64,000 nt of DNA from Nitrososphaerota archaeon (GTDB lineage Archaea; Thermoproteota; Nitrososphaeria_A; Caldarchaeales; Calditenuaceae). The stretch lies in the NCBI GenBank assembly GCA_041641295.1, contig JBEPYO010000001.1, positions 960,001 through 1,024,000 of the forward strand, read 5' to 3'. The notes beneath the pieces were generated by a model. That model searched no databases and was not told the DNA's origin. It saw only the letters and a program-made list of their open reading frames with translations. This document shows, piece by piece, positions 1 to 9,803 of this stretch. Position 1 is the first letter of the stretch. Every line of letters begins with the position of its first letter. A program made the translations under genes and the position numbers.

Positions 1-328
1 CTCAAAGGGTAGTGTGGAGGAGTTTGCGGAGGGCCCATTTTGGAGGCTCGAAAGGGCTCTTAGCATGGAAGTGACCAGTGAGAGGCAAAGAGAGTATCTT
101 AAAAACTGCATCAATATTTTTCTCCAACTGCTAGACGAGCGCAAATTATTAGATGTTAAACCATACTCTACGGTCAGAGAGATTCTACAGACCATCAACA
201 GGAGGGAAGCCTTAGAGTTGGTGGAGCTTTATGAAGCCGCCCGCTTCGGCCAGAAGACACTCAGCGAGGAGGAATTGAAAGTTTTTAGGACGAATCTCAG
301 ACACCTTGCGCGTATGATGATCCACTAA
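1..328 (+). CDS. DUF4129-like domain protein, C-terminal part (5'-truncated by window)
   Basis: Frame is open to the window start; C-terminal 'STVREIL...LVELYEAARFG...LSEEE' resembles DUF4129. Confidence 0.55.
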   Translation, partial: SKGSVEEFAEGPFWRLERALSMEVTSERQREYLKNCINIFLQLLDERKLLDVKPYSTVREILQTINRREALELVELYEAARFGQKTLSEEELKVFRTNLRHLARMMIH

Positions 329-1283
329 TCTCCTTTATAATCTCGTCAAGCAATATCATTGCTTTTCGCGGAGTTGGGCCTAGGGGTCCGCCAAGAACTA
401 GGCCGTCCAAACCGAGTGACGAGACCTCTTCCAGTCTAGACCTCACATAACTGGGAGTGCCAGCGATCGAGAACAACTCCACAGCCTCATCAGGAACCAC
501 TCTATGAATCTCAAGCCACATCCTAGCCCGAACCATAGATCTTATCTCTTTAAGGATCCCCTCGCTTATCCGCAGCTCTTCCACCATCTCGGGCGACAAG
601 CCTTGCATGACTACTCCTACGTATGGTTTCACTGTCTTGCGAGCCTTCTCTGGGTCTTCGTGAACAGAGACTAGAGCCTCCAGCTCTATAGAAAATTCCG
701 CGCGGCGGCGCCCCGTCTCGTCAAGTGTCTTCCTGATGATGTCGAGGGGTCTTTTAGGGTTTGGGAGCCAAGAAGTGTTGATTAGGGCCCCGTCTCCCAG
801 CTCGGCTGCGAGTCGAAGCATTTTTGGCCCCTGCGCCGCGATGTAGATCTGGGTCTGTCCCCAGGCTTTGAAGTCTAGGCCTATGGCCCCGCTGTGGCCC
901 TTATCGCTGAGAAGCTCCCTTACAGTCCTTACAGCCCACCGCACCTTCTCTATAGGTCTCTCCTGAGCAATTCCCAGGCTGTCGAGAATATTTCTATCAC
1001 CCGCTCCAATGCCTATCGAGACTCTGCCGGGCGCCATCTCAGATAGCGAGGCGGCCATTTGCGCCATAGATACAGGGTGATAAATGTAGGGGTTCATGAT
1101 GCCTAGGCCGATTCTCGCCCTCTTAGTCACCATGCACATGGCAGTCGCTGCTACGGCTATGTTCCGGTTATAGTAGTGGTCGCTGAGCCATATCGTGTGG
1201 TAGGAGAGAGTGTCTGCGAGGTGGGCGTATATCTGGAGGCGCCAGATAGGGTCTTTGGGCGGGATCTCGATAGAATATCTCAT
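297..1283 (-). CDS. LLM-class (luciferase-like) F420-dependent oxidoreductase, Mer-like
   Basis: WLSDHYYNRN, IMNPY..HP, IGIGAGD, YIAAQGPKMLRLAAELGDG and GGPLGP motifs of the Mer family. Confidence 0.85.
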   Translation of the reverse strand: MRYSIEIPPKDPIWRLQIYAHLADTLSYHTIWLSDHYYNRNIAVAATAMCMVTKRARIGLGIMNPYIYHPVSMAQMAASLSEMAPGRVSIGIGAGDRNILDSLGIAQERPIEKVRWAVRTVRELLSDKGHSGAIGLDFKAWGQTQIYIAAQGPKMLRLAAELGDGALINTSWLPNPKRPLDIIRKTLDETGRRRAEFSIELEALVSVHEDPEKARKTVKPYVGVVMQGLSPEMVEELRISEGILKEIRSMVRARMWLEIHRVVPDEAVELFSIAGTPSYVRSRLEEVSSLGLDGLVLGGPLGPTPRKAMILLDEIIKEISGSSYAQGV

Positions 1284-1558
1284 GTCCCTTGGACGAGTCC
1301 GTGGTTCTTGAGCACCTTTAAGGTCTTCTCAGGCTCAGCCTTCAGGCTTAAATCGACTAGCATGTAAACTGCATCAGGCGAGTCAAGTCCTCCAGCGATA
1401 AATTGCCTAACAATCTCCTCTCCCTTCTCGGGAGAGACCACCGAATAGTTGTAAGTGGTCAATAAAATATCGAGTAGGTCCTCGGCCAAAAGGCTCCTTG
1501 ATTGAAGCGACCTCAGCCGTGATTTGAACTCATCCGAGTCCACGCCCACCCAGCCCAA
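1280..1558 (-). CDS. hypothetical protein
   Basis: 92-aa ORF overlapping the downstream gene by 4 nt; TATA-like sequence upstream. Confidence 0.6.
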   Translation of the reverse strand: MGWVGVDSDEFKSRLRSLQSRSLLAEDLLDILLTTYNYSVVSPEKGEEIVRQFIAGGLDSPDAVYMLVDLSLKAEPEKTLKVLKNHGLVQGT

Positions 1559-1592
1559 ATTATATACAACCCTCTAAACCACCTATTATGAA

Positions 1593-2288
1593 TTGTTGGG
1601 ATATGTTAGTCCCAAGGCCCGGTGTAGAGGCCACATATCTCACGGCTCAATAATCCTCGGAAATACAGAGGTTGGCGAGGGGTCTTACATCGACTTTAAC
1701 ACGGTGATTGGATATCCTTCAAGAGAGAAGCTGCTGCAGGGACGGCCTACATCGATTAACCAGCTTGACGCTCTGAGTTCTGGTGCTAGGATTGGTGTGG
1801 GATGCTTGATACGGTCTGGCTCCGTGATATATGAGGAGGTGGAGTTGATGGACGGTGTGGAGCTGGGGCACAATGTCTTAATTAGGAAGGGGTCAAGAGT
1901 GGGGCGTTCTGTGAGGATTGGGAGTGGAAGCCAGCTGGACGGCGAAGTAGTAATCGGAGATGACACCAACATACAATCAATGGTCTACCTTCCCCATCTC
2001 TCAAAGGTTGGCAGAAAAGTCTTCATAGGTCCTCTCGTATGCGTTACCAATGACCGCTACCCACCAAGCCGAAAACTAACAGGCGTAACAATAGAAGATG
2101 AAGCCGTGATAGGTGCGGGCGCCCTCATAATGGCTGGCGTGACGATTGGCTCAAGGGCTGTTGTCGCGGCCGGCTCAATAGTTGTGAGGGATGTCGAGCC
2201 GAACCAGCTAGTCATGGGCTCGCCGGCAAGGCCTGTCTCAGACAGGGAGATGTTTGAGCAGAAGAAAAAGAGCTATGAGTCAGGCTAA
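1593..2288 (+). CDS. hexapeptide-repeat (left-handed beta-helix) acyltransferase, sugar N-acetyltransferase-like
   Basis: Repeated [IVL]GxxxxI hexapeptides; TNDRYP and VMGSPAR motifs. Confidence 0.85.
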   Translation: MLGYVSPKARCRGHISHGSIILGNTEVGEGSYIDFNTVIGYPSREKLLQGRPTSINQLDALSSGARIGVGCLIRSGSVIYEEVELMDGVELGHNVLIRKGSRVGRSVRIGSGSQLDGEVVIGDDTNIQSMVYLPHLSKVGRKVFIGPLVCVTNDRYPPSRKLTGVTIEDEAVIGAGALIMAGVTIGSRAVVAAGSIVVRDVEPNQLVMGSPARPVSDREMFEQKKKSYESG

Positions 2289-2351
2289 ATTCGCTTAACA
2301 TTTATATCCCTCTAGAGTCCTAAATCTTGCGGAGGGTCTAGGAGAGCAATA

Positions 2352-2660
2352 ATGGCGGAGATATGCCCCACTTGCGGGCTCCCCAAGAATCTCTGTGTGT
2401 GCAAAACTATAGACTATGAGCAACAACGTGTCAAGATAAAATTGGAGACCAAGAAGTGGAACAAGACTATGACGATTATCGAGGGCCTCGATTCAAGCAA
2501 CATCGACATAGAGGAAGTAGCCTCTATCCTCAAGGCCAAATGTGCCTGTGGAGGAGCAGTGAAGAATGGAGTAATAATGTTGCAGGGTGACCAGCGCGAC
2601 AAGGTGCCGAAGATTCTTGTAGATCTTGGTATACCGCCCGAGAACCTAGAGATAATCTAG
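2352..2660 (+). CDS. sui1: translation initiation factor aIF1 (SUI1)
   Basis: CPTCGLPKNLCVC zinc knuckle; LKAKCACGGAVK..IMLQGDQR. Confidence 0.95.
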   Translation: MAEICPTCGLPKNLCVCKTIDYEQQRVKIKLETKKWNKTMTIIEGLDSSNIDIEEVASILKAKCACGGAVKNGVIMLQGDQRDKVPKILVDLGIPPENLEII

Positions 2661-2965
2661 CTGGACGCCGCGCCACCGAGCTTCTCATTTATTAGAGATA
2701 CTATCTCTTCTTTCCTAAGTCCTTCCGTGACGATATTTAGCTTCCTCGCCGCCTCTATGAGCTGCCTATCAGCTATGTCAACAGCCTCCACACCGGGCTT
2801 GATAAGCTCTTTAACATATCTATCCGCCTCCATCCGCGCTTTCTGAATTTCATTCATAAATCTGCCGAGGGCCCTCGCAATCTCCGGTATCTTCTCCGGA
2901 TTCCATAAAATCATAACTAGGACTACGCCTATAACCATCACCCACTCAATTCCCTCGATAGGCAT
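2657..2965 (-). CDS. tatA: twin-arginine translocase TatA/TatB family subunit
   Basis: N-terminal TM helix followed by the PEKIPEIARALGR amphipathic helix. Confidence 0.8.
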   Translation of the reverse strand: MPIEGIEWVMVIGVVLVMILWNPEKIPEIARALGRFMNEIQKARMEADRYVKELIKPGVEAVDIADRQLIEAARKLNIVTEGLRKEEIVSLINEKLGGAASS

Positions 2966-3015
2966 CCCTAAATCGCCCTATTCTTCAATGGCTTTTATCC
3001 TTTACTTAGCCTATT

Positions 3016-3042
3016 AAAAAAATGTAGGGAGGAAGCCTCCCT
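3016..3042 (-). terminator. hairpin plus U-tract downstream of tfb
   Basis: AGGGAGG-aag-CCTCCCT stem (3026-3042) followed on the minus strand by a T7 run (A7 at 3016-3022). Confidence 0.6.
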
Positions 3043-3064
3043 TCAGTTAGAGTGTAGGTGGAGA

Positions 3065-3997
3065 CTATACAGCCTGTGCTGTGCTTTCTAGTGCCTCCTT
3101 TAAGCCCTTGAACCTGTTCCTGACCGTTACTTCTGTGACGCCTGCTGCGCGTGCAATGTCCTTCTGGGTTATGTTCTGCATTGTCTCTTGGCATGCCATG
3201 TAGAGAGCTGCGGCTGCTATGCCCACAGGGTCCTTGCCCACGGTCGCACCCCGAGATGCTGCCTTGTTTAGAAGGTTCAGTGCCTCCTGTACTGTCCGCT
3301 CATCCAGCCCAACCCTAGAGGCGATCTTCCTGACATACAGGCTGGGCTCCACTACAGGTATCTTGATGTTCAGGTTCTTGACTAGGAGTCTGTAGCCCTG
3401 TGCAATGGTTTTTCTCTTCACTAGTGGATAGACGCGCTCAAACTCTCTCAGGTCCCTCGGCATCCCGCTCATTCTGCAGGCAGCGTAGGTCGCGGCCGCG
3501 ACTATGCTCCTGATGGATCTACCCCTGACCAGTCCTGCCTTCAGAGCCTTCCTGTAGATCGACATGGCCATCTCTGCCACCGACTGGGGTATGTGGAGCT
3601 TGTCGACATAGATCTCGAGGACGTTTGCCGCCTGCTGGAGGTTTCTGTTCTCAGAGGCGTTCACCTGGGATGTCTGGTCAAGCTTCTTCAGCCTGAGCAT
3701 CTTCTCCCTCATCTCTTTGGGGAGACGCCTCCCACCCGCATCCTCGCCAATCCTGTTAATCACAGTCGAGAGGCCGTGGTCTCTGTACATTATGGAGAGC
3801 GGGGCTCCAGTTCTAGCCCTGCTCTGCTGATCATCATCAAGGCTCCTCCACTCAGGCCCTCTGTCAACATCCTTCGCCAAGAGGACGTATCCACAGTCAC
3901 CACAGCTTACCTCACCTGTCCTAGAATCGGTAATTATGTTGTCACTACCGCACTCAGGGCAGATGTAACCCTCTACACGCCTATTAGGAAGTGCCAT
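3065..3997 (-). CDS. tfb: transcription initiation factor IIB (TFB)
   Basis: CPECGS...CGDCG Zn ribbon, GPEWR, two cyclin repeats, GVTEVTVRNR; ATG at 3997 preceded by GGAGGTG SD. Confidence 0.97.
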   Translation of the reverse strand: MALPNRRVEGYICPECGSDNIITDSRTGEVSCGDCGYVLLAKDVDRGPEWRSLDDDQQSRARTGAPLSIMYRDHGLSTVINRIGEDAGGRRLPKEMREKMLRLKKLDQTSQVNASENRNLQQAANVLEIYVDKLHIPQSVAEMAMSIYRKALKAGLVRGRSIRSIVAAATYAACRMSGMPRDLREFERVYPLVKRKTIAQGYRLLVKNLNIKIPVVEPSLYVRKIASRVGLDERTVQEALNLLNKAASRGATVGKDPVGIAAAALYMACQETMQNITQKDIARAAGVTEVTVRNRFKGLKEALESTAQAV

Positions 3998-4079
3998 ACA
4001 CACCTCCCTCCTGGGGATTGTTTCTGGTGAAAAGCTTTAAACCCCTTCACCTCATCAAATATAACCTTTTACCGCTTAA

Positions 4080-4128
4080 TATATCTTATGTATATCCGCG
4101 ACTTAAAACAATATACAGTATATACTGT
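4080..4128. promoter_or_regulatory. putative operator elements in the tfb / cupredoxin divergent promoter
   Basis: TATATCTTATGTATAT (4080-4095, near copy at 20286-20301) and perfect palindrome ACAGTATATACTGT (4115-4128). Confidence 0.4.
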
Positions 4129-4207
4129 GGGAATCCAGCCTAAAACGCCGCATTACCCAGCATAAGAGAGGTCAACGCCGTTTAAAAGTATAAAACGGGT
4201 TTTAATC

Positions 4208-4675
4208 TTGCTTCCCGGGGGCAGATTATATTTGAGACCAATCCATGTTGCCATGGCTTCCGTCATAGCTGTAGCGGTCGTCATAGTTGCTGTCATGTTG
4301 TTGTGGGGACAACTCAGCGGAGCTTCCGGGGTTTCAGGCCAGCCTCCTGGAAAAACATATACCATCAGGAGCATGAAGGGCTCCTATCTTCCACCTGAAG
4401 GGTGGAAAGTGGGAGACCCTCCAGTAATTGACGACAAGTATTACAACCCTGCCAGGCTCTCGATAAGGGTTGGCGACACCGTAGTCTACGTCAACGAGGA
4501 CGAGGTTCCACATACCTTCACCGCAAGCGAGGTCCCCAGCGGCGCAAGCAGGTTCAGCTCTGGCCCCGTGAACCCCGGCGACAGTTATCGCTACACCTTC
4601 AGGGTTCCCGGCACCTACAAATACCTCTGCATGCTCCACCCCCATAAAGGCGGAATAATAGAAGTCTCTCCTTGA
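4208..4675 (+). CDS. membrane-anchored cupredoxin (plastocyanin/halocyanin-like)
   Basis: N-terminal TM; PARLSIRVGDTVVYVNED.VPHTFT; PGTYKYLCMLHP type-1 Cu motif. Confidence 0.85.
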   Translation: MLPGGRLYLRPIHVAMASVIAVAVVIVAVMLLWGQLSGASGVSGQPPGKTYTIRSMKGSYLPPEGWKVGDPPVIDDKYYNPARLSIRVGDTVVYVNEDEVPHTFTASEVPSGASRFSSGPVNPGDSYRYTFRVPGTYKYLCMLHPHKGGIIEVSP

Positions 4676-4707
4676 ACTTAATCTAACTGGCTGGAGAGGG
4701 TTAGGGT

Positions 4708-5496
4708 ATGAGGATAGTTACTCTTTTGACAGATTTCGGAGTCTCAGACCCCTACGTAGCGGAGACCAAGGGTGTAATCTTGTCTAAGTGCGGAGACGTA
4801 GAGGTAGTGGATATAACCCACCAAGTGGAGCCCTTCAACATCAGACAGGGTGCATTCCTACTCTTCCTCTCCTACAAGTTTTTCCCACCCGGGACGATTC
4901 ATGTCGCGGTCGTCGACCCGGGTGTAGGTACGGAGAGACGCGGATTGGTTCTAAGGACGCGTAACTACTGGTTTGTTGGGCCTGACAACGGCCTCCTCTA
5001 CCCTGCCGCGGTGAGTGATGGGCTTGAGGAGTGCTTCGAGATAATGCTGGAGAAATATCCTCGGATTGGTGGACACACATTCCATGCGCGCGACGTGTTC
5101 GGCCCTGTTGCCGGAGAGTTGGCAGCTGGCTTAAGGCCCGCCCTAAGGGAAATCGACGCCCAATCAATCGTAAAGCTCGAGCTGGCCACTGCCAAGTTTA
5201 TAGGCGGGAGGGTTGAGGCTGAGGTTCTACACGTAGACAGATTTGGGAATGCAATTCTTAACATAGATTCAAGCGGTGTGCCTGAAGGCTTGGAGTTCGG
5301 CGATGAGGCTTTTGTAGAGCATGGAGGGCGGGTCTACAGTGTGCGGTATGTGAAGGCCTACGGCGACGCGCCTTCTGGCTCTCTTCTAATTACTTTCGGC
5401 GGGACGGGGCTACTCGAGTTAGCGGTGAGTAGGGGAAGCGCCTCTACGCTACTTGGGCTCAAACCGGGTGATAAGGTTCGGATCCGGCTACAATAG
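4708..5496 (+). CDS. SAM hydroxide adenosyltransferase (DUF62, chlorinase/fluorinase family)
   Basis: TLLTDFG..DPYV, VVDPGVGT.R, GPDNG, TFHARDVF and HVDRFGN motifs. Confidence 0.92.
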   Translation: MRIVTLLTDFGVSDPYVAETKGVILSKCGDVEVVDITHQVEPFNIRQGAFLLFLSYKFFPPGTIHVAVVDPGVGTERRGLVLRTRNYWFVGPDNGLLYPAAVSDGLEECFEIMLEKYPRIGGHTFHARDVFGPVAGELAAGLRPALREIDAQSIVKLELATAKFIGGRVEAEVLHVDRFGNAILNIDSSGVPEGLEFGDEAFVEHGGRVYSVRYVKAYGDAPSGSLLITFGGTGLLELAVSRGSASTLLGLKPGDKVRIRLQ

Positions 5497-5581
5497 GCAT
5501 TTAATGAGCTTGGAGGGTGTTGCCCGGCTTAATTAGGCTTATTAGATGGGCTCGCAGAAGTTTTAGAACAGACGAGAAGAG

Positions 5582-5971
5582 ATGGTGTCTAAGGACCTAG
5601 TGTCCGGCCTCTTCACGACGCTGCAGAATAACGAGGCGGTGCGTAACAAGGAGTGTATATACTATTATTCACGGCTAATCGGCGACATTTTGAAGACACT
5701 CCAGAGACACTCCTACATCGGCTCCTTCGAGTATATCGAGGATGGCCGGGGAGGCAAGGTGATAATCCAGCTACTAGGCCGAATCAATAGGGCCGCACCG
5801 ATTAGACCCAGATACAGTGTCTCGCGGAACGGATACGATAACTGGGCTAAGCTATATCTGCCGGCTAAGGACGTAGGGATCCTGATTGTGACAACCAATC
5901 AGGGCGTGCTGTCGCATAGGGAGGCGGCTTCCCGCGGGCTTGGTGGAAAGCTTCTTGGATATGTGTATTGA
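5582..5971 (+). CDS. rps8: 30S ribosomal protein uS8
   Basis: YIGSFEYIEDGRGG, LLGRIN, LIVTTNQGVLSH.EA...GLGGKLLGYVY. Confidence 0.96.
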   Translation: MVSKDLVSGLFTTLQNNEAVRNKECIYYYSRLIGDILKTLQRHSYIGSFEYIEDGRGGKVIIQLLGRINRAAPIRPRYSVSRNGYDNWAKLYLPAKDVGILIVTTNQGVLSHREAASRGLGGKLLGYVY

Positions 5972-5984
5972 GGTGGGGTGAGCG

Positions 5985-6554
5985 GTGTTGGCCCAAGAGT
6001 CTATTTCTAAGATGAAGTTTCAAGAAGACACGGTCAAGATTCCTCAGGACATAGAGGTTGAGCTAACCCCTCCAGCTCGGGTGAAAATTAAGGGGAAGCT
6101 GGGTAGTATTGAGAGAGACTTCGGCCATGCTGGTGCCGAAGTTAGCTTGGACGGCGATGTATTGCGTATACGGGTCTATGGGAGGGGGCGGAGGTGCCTT
6201 GCGAGGCTAGGAACAGTGAAGGCAACTATTAGAAACATGATAATAGGTGTAACACAGGGTTTCACATACAAGCTGAAAATAGTTCAGAGCCACTTCCCCA
6301 TGAGTGTTAAGGTTCAGGGGAGTAATTTGATCGTCGAGAACTTCGCAGGGGAGAAGTATCCGCGGGTAATCAATCTCCCCGAGGGCGTAAAGGTTCAGGT
6401 AAAGGGAGACGACGTAATAGTCACGGGAATTGACAAGTACCTAGTAGGCCTCGCAGCAGGCCGCATAGAGCAGGGGACGCGGATAACTCGGAAAGACCTC
6501 AGAAAGTTCCTCGACGGAATATATGTCTACGAGAAAAAGATTGGCATAGGTTAG
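5985..6554 (+). CDS. rpl6: 50S ribosomal protein uL6
   Basis: NMIIGVTQGFTYKLKIV.SHFPM, ENFAGEK, KDLRKFLDGIYV. Confidence 0.96.
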   Translation: MLAQESISKMKFQEDTVKIPQDIEVELTPPARVKIKGKLGSIERDFGHAGAEVSLDGDVLRIRVYGRGRRCLARLGTVKATIRNMIIGVTQGFTYKLKIVQSHFPMSVKVQGSNLIVENFAGEKYPRVINLPEGVKVQVKGDDVIVTGIDKYLVGLAAGRIEQGTRITRKDLRKFLDGIYVYEKKIGIG

Positions 6555-6622
6555 CGAGGACTGGTTTTTCGGCAATTGGTTAATATTTCCCTACCACATA
6601 TTACAGTTAATGGTGGTGTTAT

Positions 6623-8422
6623 ATGGCGAAGGCTATCGGCATTGACCTCGGAACCAGCAACTCGGCCGCGGCCGTGGTTATTGGCGGCAGGCCGACGCTG
6701 ATTCCGAGCGCCGAGGGTGTCACACTTTATGGCAAGGCTTTCCCCTCCTATGTCGCGATAACTAAGGATGGTCAGCTCTTAGTCGGTGAGCCTGCCAGGC
6801 GGCAGGCTGTCACCAACCCTGAGGGTACTGTCACTGGTTTTAAGAGGAAGATGGGCACGGACTACAAGTATAAGCTGCACGGCAAGGAGTTTACTCCCCA
6901 GCAGCTCTCCGCCTTCCTCCTCCAGAAGATTAAGCGCGACGCTGAGGCCTACCTAGGCGAGGAGGTTAAGGAGGCCGTCATAACTGTGCCCGCCTACTTC
7001 AACGACAACCAGAGGCAGGCGACGAAGGATGCTGCCGAGATAGCTGGGTTGAAGGTTCTTAGGATAATTAATGAGCCCACGGCCGCCGCACTAGCCTATG
7101 GTCTCGATAAGTTGGAGAAGGAGATGAGGATTCTAGTTTTTGATTTGGGCGGTGGGACACTCGACGTCACGATAATGGAGTTCGGCGGCGGTGTTTTCGA
7201 GGTGAAGGCCACTTCAGGCGATACCCAGCTAGGAGGCAGAGACATGGACGAGGCAATAGTCAACTACCTAGTCGAGACATTTAGGAAGGAGACAGGGATC
7301 GACCTGACAAAAGACCCGGTAGCCATGAATAGGCTCCGGGAAGCCGCTGAGAGGGCCAAGATAGAGCTATCAAACGTATACGAGACGGAGATAAACCTGC
7401 CATTCATAGCCCAGGACGCCAGCGGGCCGAAACACTTCACCCACGTCCTGACGAGGGCTAAGCTCGAGGAGCTGATAGCACCTATTGTCGAGAGGTGCAG
7501 GGGGCCGATAGAGCAGGCGCTGAGGGATGCCAAGCTCAGGCCCGAAGACATAGACAAGATCATCTTGGTTGGTGGTCCTACGAGGATGCCGATTATAAGG
7601 GAATTTCTAAAGAAGACGCTTGGCAAAGAGCCTGAGCGTGGGATAGACCCGATGGAGTGTGTTGCTGCGGGCGCGGCGATTCAGGCCGCAATACTGACCG
7701 GGGAGCTGAAGGGCAAGGACATAGTCCTCCTAGACGTTACGCCGCTAACGCTTGGTGTCGAGGTGCTGGGCGGGCTTGTCGAGCCGCTAATAGAGCGGAA
7801 CACAACAATACCAGTCCGGAGGAGTAAAATCTTCACGACCGCCTCCGACTTCCAGACATCGGTGGAGATACATGTTGTTCAGGGTGAGAGGCCGATGGCT
7901 GCAGACAACGTGTCGCTTGGCAGGTTCATACTGGATGGCATTCCACCAGCCCCGCGCGGTGTTCCGCGAATAGAGGTTACGTTCGACATCAACGCTGATG
8001 GAATTCTGACCGTTACGGCTAAAGACTTGGGTACGGGAAAGGAGATGAGTGTGAAGATAACCGCTCCACACAGGCTCTCTCGCGAGGAGATTGAGCGGAT
8101 GATCAAAGAGGCCGAGCAGTATGCGGAGCAGGATAGGCGCAGGAAGGAGGAGGCAATGCTGAAGAACGAGGCCGAGTCCCTACTCTACACGGTAGACAAG
8201 GCGATGAGCGAGTATGGCTCGAAGCTCAGCGAGGAGACAAGGAACAAGATAAAGGAGGCCTCTGACAAGCTAAGGGATGCGCTGAAGAAGTCCGACATAC
8301 AGGGAATAAAGTCTTCAATGGAGTCCCTGAGGAAGGTTGCGCAGGAGATAGGCGCAGTAATCTATCAGCAGAGCAGTAGTAGCAGTAGCGCGGCTGGCAA
8401 GGAAGAGCAGAAAGGACAGTGA
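6623..8422 (+). CDS. dnaK: molecular chaperone DnaK (Hsp70)
   Basis: [67 protein letters not shown]. Confidence 0.99.
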   Translation: MAKAIGIDLGTSNSAAAVVIGGRPTLIPSAEGVTLYGKAFPSYVAITKDGQLLVGEPARRQAVTNPEGTVTGFKRKMGTDYKYKLHGKEFTPQQLSAFLLQKIKRDAEAYLGEEVKEAVITVPAYFNDNQRQATKDAAEIAGLKVLRIINEPTAAALAYGLDKLEKEMRILVFDLGGGTLDVTIMEFGGGVFEVKATSGDTQLGGRDMDEAIVNYLVETFRKETGIDLTKDPVAMNRLREAAERAKIELSNVYETEINLPFIAQDASGPKHFTHVLTRAKLEELIAPIVERCRGPIEQALRDAKLRPEDIDKIILVGGPTRMPIIREFLKKTLGKEPERGIDPMECVAAGAAIQAAILTGELKGKDIVLLDVTPLTLGVEVLGGLVEPLIERNTTIPVRRSKIFTTASDFQTSVEIHVVQGERPMAADNVSLGRFILDGIPPAPRGVPRIEVTFDINADGILTVTAKDLGTGKEMSVKITAPHRLSREEIERMIKEAEQYAEQDRRRKEEAMLKNEAESLLYTVDKAMSEYGSKLSEETRNKIKEASDKLRDALKKSDIQGIKSSMESLRKVAQEIGAVIYQQSSSSSSAAGKEEQKGQ

Positions 8423-8430
8423 CGCCCTAA

Positions 8431-8823
8431 ATGCCCCTCAGGTCCTCCACACAGATCAGAATCCAGATTGAGGGTGGCGTTGAACTGCAGGGGGAGCTTA
8501 ACAGGTATTTGGCTCCGATGACTTATGACCGGTTGGTCAGGGCTCTGCCCCTGAGTGGCGCTCTGGCACTGTCAGGCGGGCTTGCATACTTCCAGGTCGA
8601 GATAAAGAGGGGGGCTGAGAAGGAGGCCAAAAAAGTTGAGCCTGGGGACATTCTCTACTGGCCCGCGATCCCAGCCATCGCCTTCGTGGTGGAGCCGATA
8701 GCGCCTCCAATGCAGGCGGTCAGGATTGGTAGGCTGACTAGCGATCCCAGCAGTCTCAAGAACCTGAAACAGGGTGCACGAATAGTAGTCGCGGAGGTTA
8801 GGGGTGAGTCTATTTCTTCTTAG
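8431..8823 (+). CDS. cyclophilin-like fold protein
   Basis: AP.T...LV.ALP, VEPGDILYWP and IGRL pattern of archaeal cyclophilin-like proteins. Confidence 0.65.
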   Translation: MPLRSSTQIRIQIEGGVELQGELNRYLAPMTYDRLVRALPLSGALALSGGLAYFQVEIKRGAEKEAKKVEPGDILYWPAIPAIAFVVEPIAPPMQAVRIGRLTSDPSSLKNLKQGARIVVAEVRGESISS

Positions 8824-9193
8824 GCTTAGCGGCCTTCCCCTTGGCTTTTTTCTTAGCCCCAGTGTCCACAACTCCTTCTTCTCCTTCAACTGGTTGTGCG
8901 GCGGTCTGAGGCTTGTGTGGAGTGATCTTAACCTCGGTTGTTGGTACGTATAGCTTTAGTCTCGTGACGCCTTCAAGTGGTCTTAGAATCCCTTTCTCGG
9001 CCAACTCTCTCAGAAACTTCTTAGCCACAGAAAGTCTGACACCAAACCTCTCTGCAATCAGGTATGGGGTGAGGTAGGGCTGGGATTTGGCGAAGGACTC
9101 GACCTCGGCGACATTACTTACAGATAAGCTGAGCACGCGCTTCTCCGCTGCCTTAGTCTTTTCCGCCTGTCTGGTCTGCTGTTTCTGAGACAA
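8810..9193 (-). CDS. rps25e: 30S ribosomal protein eS25
   Basis: YLTPYLIAERFGVRLSVAKKFLRELAEKG winged helix; Lys-rich tail. Confidence 0.88.
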   Translation of the reverse strand: MSQKQQTRQAEKTKAAEKRVLSLSVSNVAEVESFAKSQPYLTPYLIAERFGVRLSVAKKFLRELAEKGILRPLEGVTRLKLYVPTTEVKITPHKPQTAAQPVEGEEGVVDTGAKKKAKGKAAKPKKK

Positions 9194-9233
9194 CTACCTA
9201 CCTTCTAGCCGGCCCCTATATAGGTGTTAATCT

Positions 9234-9707
9234 CTAAGTAGGCACGACTATATCGCCCACCACGCCGCCGGTCAGCCTCTGAATATCGGCCGGAGAAATC
9301 TCGACTAGTGCGTTCTGGCTTCCCCCACCACCATAGACCCTATCGAGGCGTACAACCTCGGAGTCGATGACCACGCGAACGCTCGGCCTCAATCCCACTG
9401 GAGGAACAGCACCAATCTCGTAGCCCGTGTGGGCCAGAGTCTCTTCCGGCGTTGCAATCCTGACACTCCTCGCACCAATCAGTCTAGCAAGCTTATACTC
9501 GCTCACCCTCCTGTCGCCTCGAACAACGGCGAGGACAGGCCCACCCTTATCATCTATGAACAGGATACTCTTGATTATTCGCTCGGCCCCCACGCCCAGC
9601 CGCTTAGCCGCAGCGGCCACAGTCTTCACATGTCCCTCAAAAAATATCAGGCGGGCATCCACCCCATGCTCCTTCAAGTAATCCTCAAGCGGGGTCGTCG
9701 CCCTCAA
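9234..9707 (-). CDS. YbaK/EbsC family aminoacyl-tRNA deacylase
   Basis: IIKSILF, TGYEIGAVPPVG and VYGGGGS motifs. Confidence 0.9.
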   Translation of the reverse strand: MRATTPLEDYLKEHGVDARLIFFEGHVKTVAAAAKRLGVGAERIIKSILFIDDKGGPVLAVVRGDRRVSEYKLARLIGARSVRIATPEETLAHTGYEIGAVPPVGLRPSVRVVIDSEVVRLDRVYGGGGSQNALVEISPADIQRLTGGVVGDIVVPT

Positions 9708-9803
9708 AGCTATCGCCTACTCTGTATGCGGCCCCAAGATTTTTCCTTTTCCAGATCGAGGGGTTACGGTTTTATCTATGGGCCCGGGTTAAGTGTTTTT
9801 GGA

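Noticed and set aside
8368-8388. AGC/AGT repeat at the 3' end of dnaK
   Set aside because: It simply encodes a poly-Ser stretch in the disordered DnaK tail
9429-9803. Long N-terminal extensions in the ORF track (also 25992-26240, 15824-15922, 15801-15950, 30850-30987)
   Set aside because: They overlap divergent genes or promoters and lack family similarity; downstream starts fit TATA/SD positions better
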